From a virus (taxonomy: Duplodnaviria > Caudoviricetes), in the IMG/VR virus record IMGVR_UViG_3300026094_000002: a stretch of 64,000 bases of DNA. One strand, 5' to 3'. The notes under the pieces were generated by a model, which did no database searches, was not told where the DNA came from, and saw only the letters and a list, made by a program, of their open reading frames with translations. Positions 31,814 through 40,637 of this stretch are shown here, piece after piece; within the stretch, counting starts at the first letter, position 1, and every line of letters begins with the position of its first letter. Position numbers and translations under genes: made by a program.

Positions 31814-33021
31814 TGAAAATTCCTCATGAAAAGTTTTGTGTTTTGCCTTGGGTTAGTATGGAGACTAGCCCTACTGGAACTGTAAGACCATGCTGTTTGG
31901 CTGAGGATGAAATTGCTGATGATAATGGCAACCCATTTGAACTTGCTAGTGCACCATTTTCTCAAATTCAAAATAGCAATCATATGAAAACTCTCCGCAG
32001 AGAGTTTCTTGACGGCAAACGGCCTAATACTTGTCAAAAATGCTGGAATGAAGAAGATGCTGGAAGAACCAGTAAAAGAATGCACACGCTGGATCGCTTA
32101 AAACACATTATACCAGATAATATACAGTGGAGCGAAGAGGCAGAGCCACTAATGTTTCTAGATTTAAAACTGGGGAACATATGCAACTTAAAGTGCAGAA
32201 TATGTGGCTCATGGTCTTCGAGTGCATTTGCAACAGAAGAACTTCAAAGTATGCCACGTGAGCAAAAAAAGTCCAGTTTTCAATACATGATGCTAAAAAA
32301 AGGTGCATGGCCAAGAGAGAAAACAGAATTCTGGGATGAATTAGAAAACATATTAGACCAAATACGCTACATTGAATTTACTGGCGGTGAGCCTTTTATG
32401 ATAGGCGAGCATTTTGAATTGCTCCAAAATTTAGTAGATAAAGGAATCGCCCCACAAGTTGAAATACACTATAATACAAATGGGACACATTTCCCAGAAC
32501 ATGCAATCGATACTTGGAAGCATTTTAAACATGTAGAGGTTGCTTTTAGTATTGATGATGTTGGAGAAAGGTTTGAGTACCAGCGGACCAATGCTATATG
32601 GAATGAGGTTGAAGATAATATTGCTAGATTTAAGAAATTAAGAAAAGAGTTGAATAACATGTCTTTGCAGGTATGTTCAACAGTAAACGCTTACAATGTT
32701 TACTATCTTTCAGATTTGGCACACTGGATTGATCAGCAAAACTTTGATTTTATCTATTGGAATATGTTACACGAACCTCATTATCTTAGTGTCAGTCGCT
32801 TACCAAAAAAAGCAAAAGCGTTTGCGATTGAATCGTTAGAGCAGAGTGATGTTTCTACGCGGCATCGTTTAGAGTTTAACCATATCATTGATTTTATCAC
32901 TAATGGTGAAACAACAGACGGTTCTGAACTGCTAGATAATATAAAATTGCTTGACGATAGGAGAAATGTCAACCTCGCCGATTCTCACGAAAAGTGGGCA
33001 GAGGTTCTAGGATATGGATAA
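31813..33021 (+). CDS. Radical SAM protein 6 with an N-terminal Twitch/SPASM domain
   Basis: CVLPW..RPCC..CQKCW; CNLKCRIC; TGGEP; YNTNG. Confidence 0.9.
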   Translation: MKIPHEKFCVLPWVSMETSPTGTVRPCCLAEDEIADDNGNPFELASAPFSQIQNSNHMKTLRREFLDGKRPNTCQKCWNEEDAGRTSKRMHTLDRLKHIIPDNIQWSEEAEPLMFLDLKLGNICNLKCRICGSWSSSAFATEELQSMPREQKKSSFQYMMLKKGAWPREKTEFWDELENILDQIRYIEFTGGEPFMIGEHFELLQNLVDKGIAPQVEIHYNTNGTHFPEHAIDTWKHFKHVEVAFSIDDVGERFEYQRTNAIWNEVEDNIARFKKLRKELNNMSLQVCSTVNAYNVYYLSDLAHWIDQQNFDFIYWNMLHEPHYLSVSRLPKKAKAFAIESLEQSDVSTRHRLEFNHIIDFITNGETTDGSELLDNIKLLDDRRNVNLADSHEKWAEVLGYG

Positions 33022-34324
33022 GCCAGAAAAAAAGCCTGAAACGCTTTGTATGGCTCCATGGGTACACACATATCTAAGCCCTCAAACAGAGAGAAGAATG
33101 TGTTGTGCAAGCAGAGAACCAGCACAAAATTTTGAACAGTATATAGATACAGAATCTGGAACGGGAGAGTATAATCCTCAGGCTTTAGATGAACACTGGA
33201 ACAGTGACCACATGCGATCTGTTAGACGACGCATGATGGCTGGCGAAACGCTTCCTGAATGTGAGGTTTGTAATAATAAACTCTTGAATACTGATGTGTA
33301 TCGTGATTATTTTTGGCACTTATTTCGTCGTCGGTATGATGAAATATGGGAATCGACTGACTCAGATGGTTACACACATATGAAGCCTATTTCTTGGGAT
33401 TATAGGTTTTCTAACTTATGCAATTTTAAATGCCGTATGTGTGGGGATATGCTTAGTTCTGCATGGGAGTCAGAGCAAAGACAACAAAATATGATCAATT
33501 GGCACGATCCAAAAAATAATTGGATGAAGCCAGAAATAAGAAAGCAAATATCAAAATTTCAAGATACACAAATTGAAAAAGAATTTTCTGATGCTGTAGA
33601 AGAGCACCGTGTTGAAGAAATATATTGGGTAGGTGGTGAGCCTCTTATGTATGAACAACATTGGCGATATATGAAGCGTATTGTTGATTTGGGCGATGGC
33701 CCGGGACTTTATGCCAGATATAATACAAATCTAAGTCGTGTGAAGTATAAAGGCATTGATTTATTTGACGACATACTCTCTAACATTAGAGATTGGCAAA
33801 TATGTGCAAGTTTAGATGGTACTGGACCTATTGGTGAATACATTCGTACTGGGCTGAATTATGAACAATGGTTAGAAAATTTTAAAAGAGCAATCACTTA
33901 TGCAAAGAATCGTCGTCAAGTAAGATTAGACTTTACTCTTACTCTGCCCGGGCTATTTGAAGTTCAAAATATTCAAGACTTATCACAAAATCTTGGTGTT
34001 GATATCCTAGCAAAAGTAATATTCAGTTTTGGACCAGATATATTTTTGAGTCCATTAGCACTTCCAAGAACAGTACTAGACCGTAAGGTTGATGAAGTCA
34101 GCGATGGGTTGCCAAATGGTGCACTTAAAGATGTTCTACTACAACTTAAAACTAGACCCACATTTGAAGAACAATGGCCAGATACGTTTGTAGATGGGTT
34201 AGCAGCAGGAAAGTCCAGAATACTTCAATTAGAGAAAATTAGAACACAGCCAACAACAATGGCATATATATTAGAAAAGGACCCAGAAATTTATGAGTGG
34301 TGGAAAAACATTAGATCAGATTGA
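33014..34324 (+). CDS. Radical SAM protein 7 with an N-terminal Twitch/SPASM domain
   Basis: CMAPW..RMCC..CEVC; CNFKCRMC; VGGEP. Confidence 0.9.
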   Translation: MDKPEKKPETLCMAPWVHTYLSPQTERRMCCASREPAQNFEQYIDTESGTGEYNPQALDEHWNSDHMRSVRRRMMAGETLPECEVCNNKLLNTDVYRDYFWHLFRRRYDEIWESTDSDGYTHMKPISWDYRFSNLCNFKCRMCGDMLSSAWESEQRQQNMINWHDPKNNWMKPEIRKQISKFQDTQIEKEFSDAVEEHRVEEIYWVGGEPLMYEQHWRYMKRIVDLGDGPGLYARYNTNLSRVKYKGIDLFDDILSNIRDWQICASLDGTGPIGEYIRTGLNYEQWLENFKRAITYAKNRRQVRLDFTLTLPGLFEVQNIQDLSQNLGVDILAKVIFSFGPDIFLSPLALPRTVLDRKVDEVSDGLPNGALKDVLLQLKTRPTFEEQWPDTFVDGLAAGKSRILQLEKIRTQPTTMAYILEKDPEIYEWWKNIRSD

Positions 34325-35378
34325 AATTGATTTACGAAATTATGAAACGGGAGATTTACATACCCTTTATATAGACGTCCACGATAACAGTCTTAGCTAT
34401 AAGTGGTTAAAAGAATTAAATCATTTAATAAAAAATGAATATCATTTAGAAAAAAACTATTGTTTTGTAGGATTTTCTGATTCAGAACGCAATGGTTGGT
34501 ATATTTGTGACCGAATCAATGAAACTATTGCAGCAATAAACAAGTCAACTACTGATTATTTTATAGATGATTATTTTAGCATAGAAAATGCTCTGGATAA
34601 TACTGAATATTATGCAGGTGATCCGGGAAGACATATAAACCATGATAAGTTTAATTGGCTACACCGTTATTTTGAAGATTTACAAGGTGTCAGCGGCAAT
34701 ATGTCATCACACTATATTAATGCTGACTCAACAACTCGTTGGCATATTAGGCAGTTAAACTTGTTATGTCACGAGTTTGAATCATGGGCTTTGAGTTACC
34801 GAAAAAAGGCACAAGCACCCGAGTGGCAAAGGCCAAGCCAACTAATGTGTTGGTTGAATGCCCCAAGATTTATATTATCGGAAGAAGACTATGAGTGTTT
34901 TGGAATTGAGACCTTAAATCGTGATCAAGGTGGCGTGTTTGTCGGAGTTAATAAAGCAGTAGGAAAAGACCACTGGGAAGTTTTTAATGATGAAGATGGA
35001 GCAGACATTGATGACTTGGTAACTGTAGCATTAAAACCACAAACAGAAGCTGCTGGTGATTTTGATATAGAATGGGGGCAGAATCCATCTGGAAAAGATT
35101 GGCAAATTATGAAACTAAATGAATTCAGACAATGGCTCATAAGAAATAATTTTGATCCAGAAGACAAATCTCTGACAATTGGACACCCACAAGTTGGCCA
35201 GATTGATTTAGAAAAGTCCTTCCCTAATCCCAGTAGGGAAGGCATTTGGGATCTACTCAACAATTTCCTTGATGTTTATAGTATAAGAACTTCTGATGCC
35301 TCCGTAGTCTATGATTATCATTGGTCTGATAAGAATTATGCTGAGCAGCAAATAGAAATATCAAGGAATAATCAGTAA
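34293..35378 (+). CDS. Hypothetical protein (361 aa)
   Basis: Long ORF in operon continuity; no motif recognised. Confidence 0.7.
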   Translation: MSGGKTLDQIEIDLRNYETGDLHTLYIDVHDNSLSYKWLKELNHLIKNEYHLEKNYCFVGFSDSERNGWYICDRINETIAAINKSTTDYFIDDYFSIENALDNTEYYAGDPGRHINHDKFNWLHRYFEDLQGVSGNMSSHYINADSTTRWHIRQLNLLCHEFESWALSYRKKAQAPEWQRPSQLMCWLNAPRFILSEEDYECFGIETLNRDQGGVFVGVNKAVGKDHWEVFNDEDGADIDDLVTVALKPQTEAAGDFDIEWGQNPSGKDWQIMKLNEFRQWLIRNNFDPEDKSLTIGHPQVGQIDLEKSFPNPSREGIWDLLNNFLDVYSIRTSDASVVYDYHWSDKNYAEQQIEISRNNQ

Positions 35379-35494
35379 TGTTTAAAAAAATAAAGAAATT
35401 TATCACACGCATTTATAACAAAATCAAATTAGAAATACGGTATAGAAAAAAATTACGCAAATTGCGTAAACGTGACCCATTCATATATAAATGA
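35378..35494 (+). CDS. 38-aa highly basic peptide (MFKKIKKFITRIYNKIKLEIRYRKKLRKLRKRDPFIYK), not in the ORF track
   Basis: TAATG overlap with the upstream stop and ATGA overlap with the carbamoyltransferase start; exactly fills the gap. Confidence 0.75.
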   Translation: MFKKIKKFITRIYNKIKLEIRYRKKLRKLRKRDPFIYK

Positions 35495-36996
35495 GCTACA
35501 TCTTAGGAATCAGTTCTGGATTTCATGATGCTGCAGCAAGTGTCGTTTCCCAAGACGGAGAAATAGTTTTTGCCGGTCATAGTGAAAGATATAGTAAAAA
35601 GAAAAACGACCCTAATTTACATCCTGCACTTATAAAAGATGCAATGCAATGGGATGTATCTTCTATTGCATATTATGAAAGGCCGTGGATGCACAATGTG
35701 CAAAAAATACGAAGTGGTCAGTATGGGTTGACGCCGTGGTCAACACGAGGTGTTTTAAAACAACAGTTAAATTCATATGCAAAACCTCTGTTAAAAAAAT
35801 GTAGTATTTCACGATTTTCACACCATCTCAGCCATGCAGCAGCAGGATTTCAAACATCTCCGTATGAAGAAGCTGCTGTTGTTGTTATTGACGCAATTGG
35901 GGAATTGGACACAATATCCATATATCATGCGTCATATGATGCTAATGGTATCGCACAATATAAAAAAATGTGGGGGCAAAAGTACCCTCATAGCATAGGT
36001 CTATTTTACTCTGCTATCACACAGGCGATTGGATTAAAACCAATGGAAGATGAATATGTCACAATGGGTATGGCAGGTTGGGGGTCCGACTTTGGTGCTG
36101 TGATGATGAAAAGTGACTTCTTTATTGACATATCAACGGGTGAATTAAATCAAAATCTTCATATGGGCATTGACAATAGTCATTTTAAGAAAAATCAATA
36201 TATTCGTGCCAATAAAGAGAATATCGCTGCAAGTGCTCAGAGAGTAGTAGAAGAGGCAATATTAGAAATAATGCGACGGGCTAAAAATCTTACCAAATCT
36301 GAAAATTTGGTTTTTATGGGTGGAGTTGCTTTAAACTGTGTTGCTAATAGTCGTTTGGGTGTTATATTTCCAAATATGTGGATAATGCCTAATCCGAGTG
36401 ATGCAGGGTCAAGTTTGGGTGCAGCAGCACTACAGTATAAAAAGCCATTGAAATGGAAAGATGCATATCTTGGTCACGAAATTCCCGGCGAATATCCAGT
36501 CAATGATATTGTTGATAGACTGGTAACTGATAAGATAGTTGGTGTAGCATCAGGCAGAGCAGAGTTTGGTCCAAGGGCACTTGGAAACAGAAGTCTCTTA
36601 GCAGACCCGCGTGGCAAAGATATAAAAGATAGAGTAAATGAAATAAAGAAAAGACAGAAGTTTAGGCCATTTGCCCCAGCAATATTAGAAGAGCATGTAG
36701 ATGATTATTTTGAAATGCCGGGCAATGTTTCTACAAGTCCTTATATGCAGACAGTTGCCAGAGTTAAACATCCGGAAGACTTCCCAGCAATAACGCATGT
36801 AGATGGTACTGCACGAGTTCAAACAGTTCCAGATGATGGGTCAGGATTTAGAAAGTTGCTGGAACTATGGTATGTCTGGTCAGGATGTCCAATGCTGTTA
36901 AATACCAGTCTTAATATACGCGGTGAGCCGATGGTTAACGACAGACAGGATGCTGACAGATTCCAGAAGAAATACGGCGTTACTGTTTGTAGTTAA
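35491..36996 (+). CDS. Carbamoyltransferase (NodU/CmcH family)
   Basis: ILGISSGFHDAAA, HHLSHAAAG, GGVALNC, GRAEFGPRALGNRS, RPFAP, HVDGTARVQTV, LLNTSLN. Confidence 0.95.
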   Translation: MSYILGISSGFHDAAASVVSQDGEIVFAGHSERYSKKKNDPNLHPALIKDAMQWDVSSIAYYERPWMHNVQKIRSGQYGLTPWSTRGVLKQQLNSYAKPLLKKCSISRFSHHLSHAAAGFQTSPYEEAAVVVIDAIGELDTISIYHASYDANGIAQYKKMWGQKYPHSIGLFYSAITQAIGLKPMEDEYVTMGMAGWGSDFGAVMMKSDFFIDISTGELNQNLHMGIDNSHFKKNQYIRANKENIAASAQRVVEEAILEIMRRAKNLTKSENLVFMGGVALNCVANSRLGVIFPNMWIMPNPSDAGSSLGAAALQYKKPLKWKDAYLGHEIPGEYPVNDIVDRLVTDKIVGVASGRAEFGPRALGNRSLLADPRGKDIKDRVNEIKKRQKFRPFAPAILEEHVDDYFEMPGNVSTSPYMQTVARVKHPEDFPAITHVDGTARVQTVPDDGSGFRKLLELWYVWSGCPMLLNTSLNIRGEPMVNDRQDADRFQKKYGVTVCS

Positions 36997-38158
36997 GTTG
37001 GTCAACGATATGTTGAATATTCTCGCGGATTCTGGAAGAGAACGCATACTGGTTATAGATTATATCTGGGTAGCACTCGTAAAATAATTCCTTTAATCCG
37101 TGATTTTTTATTCTTTTTATTTCTGCTGATAGTGCTTTCCAGCGTTCAGTGTTGTCTTCTATTTCATCATAATCATTATTCAAAACATAATCAAATGTTT
37201 TGTAACCCAAACTTCTTAAAAGTTTTAAACTATGTGCAGTACCAGCAATTAAGAAAGGTTGTCCAAACTTTATAGGCTTGAGTGTTTTTTCTGTTAGAAA
37301 TGTCCCACCGCTTCCATCAGCATCAAAGTGTGTTTCTAATACAATATTAAAATACGATTTTCTATATAAATCTTCATTGACCCAGCGATGATTGTTGTGT
37401 GTTTTTTCATCATCATATAGATATGGACCACCGGCAACAAATTCTTTTACTCTGTCTCCTTTTAATTTTAATACCGATAAATCAATGGGGTTTTGATCAA
37501 ATGGATCACCGATATCATAATTTGTATTATAACTCCATATGCTGTTATCTAATGCTCCTTTACGTATCAGATCTGCATAACATGTGGCCCTCCACCATTT
37601 ATGCGTTCTTGATAACATAGAAAAATCAAATTCTTTTTCTCTTCTCGTACTTAAAAAAGAACTTTGACTTCGGTTGATGTTAGCAAAAAACGATTCATGA
37701 TCATTATAATAGATAAAATTTTCTATATTATTTGCGGCAGTATTTGCACTAACAAAAACATAACAATCATTTGGTAATTGATGTTTTTCTATTAAAAAAT
37801 CAATTCTTTCTTTTATATGATATGGATTGTCTGCTTCATGATAATAAAATAGTATTTTAATTTCACTGTTTTTAATTCGCTTAATACTATTATTTGGAAT
37901 CAAATCAATATAGTCACAATCAAAATCAAACCAAGAAAATGCTATTGGATACCAAGAGCCATTAGGTGCAGAATCAACAGAGGTTTCTTTGAATAAAAAT
38001 CCATTATCATTAAAAAATTTTATTATTCTCAACTTGACAGTGTTCGGCCAGATATGGTCCCATTTTCTCCAAGAGTGTCCAAATTTGGCAAGGTTGGGGT
38101 ATCCAACTCCATTGTCATATACTCTATCGTAACAAAAAACTAAATCGGTTTCTTTCAT
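36980..38158 (-). CDS. GT10-like 'TEK' glycosyltransferase paralog 2
   Basis: NIVLETH..FLTEKTLKPIKFGQPFLI..LGYKTF..NDYD. Confidence 0.55.
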   Translation of the reverse strand: MKETDLVFCYDRVYDNGVGYPNLAKFGHSWRKWDHIWPNTVKLRIIKFFNDNGFLFKETSVDSAPNGSWYPIAFSWFDFDCDYIDLIPNNSIKRIKNSEIKILFYYHEADNPYHIKERIDFLIEKHQLPNDCYVFVSANTAANNIENFIYYNDHESFFANINRSQSSFLSTRREKEFDFSMLSRTHKWWRATCYADLIRKGALDNSIWSYNTNYDIGDPFDQNPIDLSVLKLKGDRVKEFVAGGPYLYDDEKTHNNHRWVNEDLYRKSYFNIVLETHFDADGSGGTFLTEKTLKPIKFGQPFLIAGTAHSLKLLRSLGYKTFDYVLNNDYDEIEDNTERWKALSAEIKRIKNHGLKELFYECYPDIIYNQYAFSSRIRENIQHIVDQLNYKQ

Positions 38159-39528
38159 TGTTGTAACTTACTTATTAAGTCAGTGAGTCTTTCTTTTTTG
38201 GATTCTAAAAATAGTTTGCTGTTGTGTGTAATTTCTGGTTTTAAATCAAGGTATAATTTGTGCAATCGGTGATCTGGCATAGAAGCAATTTCAGAACACA
38301 ATTCAATTACTGCCTCCATTCTTTTTTGGTCATTTTCTATGTCATCGTATGATTCATCAATAACACGATCAAATGTTTTATATCCAAATTTTTTTAATTC
38401 TTTGAGCGTATGCGGCGGTCCTACAACAATAAAAAATTGATTGTGGCATATGGGTTTTATAATTTTTTCTGTTAAACAAGTTCCAATATTGTCTTGCATA
38501 TTAAAATATGTTTCTACAACAAAATTGCAGTAACTTTTTTCAAAATGTTCCTTATTCAAACTTTCAAAAGAATTATGGTCAATATCATTCAATGAGTCTG
38601 CTTTAAATGGTCCATCTGCTAAAAAGTTTTGAATGAGTCTATATTTTGATTCAATGAATTCTCTGTCAAAGGGTTGGCAACTTACTTCATCACTTTCTTT
38701 TCCCTGAGATATTTGGTTGTAACTAAAAAACCCTTGGTCATGTACTCCTGCCCTCCACAATTCTCCCATAAAGATTGCTCGCCAGAGTTTGTGAATTCTT
38801 ACTAATGCAGTAAATTTTTTCTCTCTCTTTTCTTCATGATATGGAACAATATTTTCTTTTTGTTGAGATCTACGATATAATAATTCATCATCAAAAAAGT
38901 AATAAAAATTTTCTATTTTGTCCGCGTATGTATTACCAGAAACGAAATGAATTCTTTCTATATCTATATCATGTTTTTGACACAAGGTTGATAGCGATTT
39001 TTTTATTTCTATAGGGTTATCTGCCTCATCATAAAAAAACAAAACATTTATTTCATTTCTTTTTAATCGGGCATATGCTTCGTTTGAAATCTCAGAAAAA
39101 TAATCAAAATCTGGGTGAAATATATTTAATCCTATAATATAAAAACTATCTATTGGTGCTTCACTTATCTTCCATAATTTGTATGGGACACCTTCATCAT
39201 ACAAATAATCTATTAGTCTAACGTGCTCAGTATTTGGATATGTAGTACTAAACTCTCCCCAACTGTCATACCCATAAACTCCATTATGGCGTGTGCATGT
39301 AGGATATGGAATTTCTCTAAAACCGTGTCTTTCTTTTTGTGACTTTGGATCAAGTTTTACTTTGCGACATATCGTTTTAAAATCATCAGATAAATTTTCA
39401 AACTCTGAAAATGATTTTAATTCTGGCCAATGGGGTTTTTTGTTTGTGTTGTAAATATCTACCCAGTTGTCTTCTAACCATTGTATGTCTAAATTATATA
39501 ATGTAAAATCGCAACACAGATTAATCAT
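38155..39528 (-). CDS. GT10-like 'TEK' glycosyltransferase paralog 3
   Basis: NFVVETY..CLTEKIIKPI..FGYKTF..DESYD. Confidence 0.55.
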   Translation of the reverse strand: MINLCCDFTLYNLDIQWLEDNWVDIYNTNKKPHWPELKSFSEFENLSDDFKTICRKVKLDPKSQKERHGFREIPYPTCTRHNGVYGYDSWGEFSTTYPNTEHVRLIDYLYDEGVPYKLWKISEAPIDSFYIIGLNIFHPDFDYFSEISNEAYARLKRNEINVLFFYDEADNPIEIKKSLSTLCQKHDIDIERIHFVSGNTYADKIENFYYFFDDELLYRRSQQKENIVPYHEEKREKKFTALVRIHKLWRAIFMGELWRAGVHDQGFFSYNQISQGKESDEVSCQPFDREFIESKYRLIQNFLADGPFKADSLNDIDHNSFESLNKEHFEKSYCNFVVETYFNMQDNIGTCLTEKIIKPICHNQFFIVVGPPHTLKELKKFGYKTFDRVIDESYDDIENDQKRMEAVIELCSEIASMPDHRLHKLYLDLKPEITHNSKLFLESKKERLTDLISKLQQ

Positions 39529-40637
39529 GAATTAATGTCCTTTTTTATATTGTTTAGCATAGATGTTAATTCTTTCCATAAGATATTCTTAAAAACTCCG
39601 TTATAAAAATGATTATAATTAAATTTTAATGTTGGAATCATATGTTTATACATTTGATTTAATTCTTTAGGAGTAAGATCGTCTAAATTTTTGGTTAATT
39701 TTGCTATTTTTTCAATTCTCAAAATATCATCTTCTTCGGTATCGTAATCTTCAGACCAGAATTCTGAGAATGTTTTAAATCCATATGATTTCAAATATTC
39801 TAAACTATATGCAGTAGAAACAAGAATAAATGGCATATACATACAAATTGGCTTGAATATTTTCTCTGTAAGATGATTTCTTTTTCCAGAAAAAACAGTT
39901 TCTGTAACAATGTATGCGAGGGATTCAAAAGACTGATCAAATAATCCAAGCGTATAACTTTCCATTGGATGATTTTCTTCACCTGAAAAGTTCCATGGTA
40001 AATTAACAGAGCCTAAAACTTTTTCAATATCTGGATATGTATTTCTATATCTTCTTCCAATTTTTGATGCGAACTCATTTTCATATGGGCAAACTTGTGG
40101 CATACTAATTTTTGCATTGGTAATATTGTTTTTTACCATATTGTAGAACAGTAGTACTCTGTGGTTTCTCTTGCCGCCTATAATCCTATTAGGACTTATA
40201 AAACTTGATTTTATTTTTCTTGACTCTGGGGGTTCAATAGTGAAATCATAGTTAAAACCTCTAAACCATTCTAATGCCGCCCATCCATGAAAAAAATAGT
40301 AATAATCATCCCAACCATATATGTTGCAGACCTCATTAACTTCATCGCTATTTTTTTCACTGTGAATTAATATTTTTTTGTTTGAATTAAAATTATCAGT
40401 TATATCTTTATTTCTTTTTTCAACATCATCAAAAAGCGGTTTATGCACATCTAAAAATATTGGCTCTTGGTCGTGAAGGAATATATAATTATATTCAGTT
40501 ATATCATGACCATAATTCATTAAGTTTTCGGGGTCAGTTGTCCCCGGCGGATCACAAAAAAATAACCGAGTTTTAGGGATATTCTTATCAATATAATTTT
40601 TGAAAATATTAACGTAAATTTCTTCTATTCTTATCAT
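39525..40637 (-). CDS. GT10-like 'TEK' glycosyltransferase paralog 4
   Basis: YIVTETV..HLTEKIFKPICMYMPF..YGFKTF..SEDYD. Confidence 0.55.
   Translation of the reverse strand: MIRIEEIYVNIFKNYIDKNIPKTRLFFCDPPGTTDPENLMNYGHDITEYNYIFLHDQEPIFLDVHKPLFDDVEKRNKDITDNFNSNKKILIHSEKNSDEVNEVCNIYGWDDYYYFFHGWAALEWFRGFNYDFTIEPPESRKIKSSFISPNRIIGGKRNHRVLLFYNMVKNNITNAKISMPQVCPYENEFASKIGRRYRNTYPDIEKVLGSVNLPWNFSGEENHPMESYTLGLFDQSFESLAYIVTETVFSGKRNHLTEKIFKPICMYMPFILVSTAYSLEYLKSYGFKTFSEFWSEDYDTEEDDILRIEKIAKLTKNLDDLTPKELNQMYKHMIPTLKFNYNHFYNGVFKNILWKELTSMLNNIKKDINS

Noticed and set aside
23334-35494. RiPP (radical SAM/SPASM peptide) biosynthetic cluster
   Set aside because: No clear precursor peptide, RRE/PqqD domain, peptidase or exporter; neighbours are sugar enzymes. 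Not fully excluded for the 38-aa peptide
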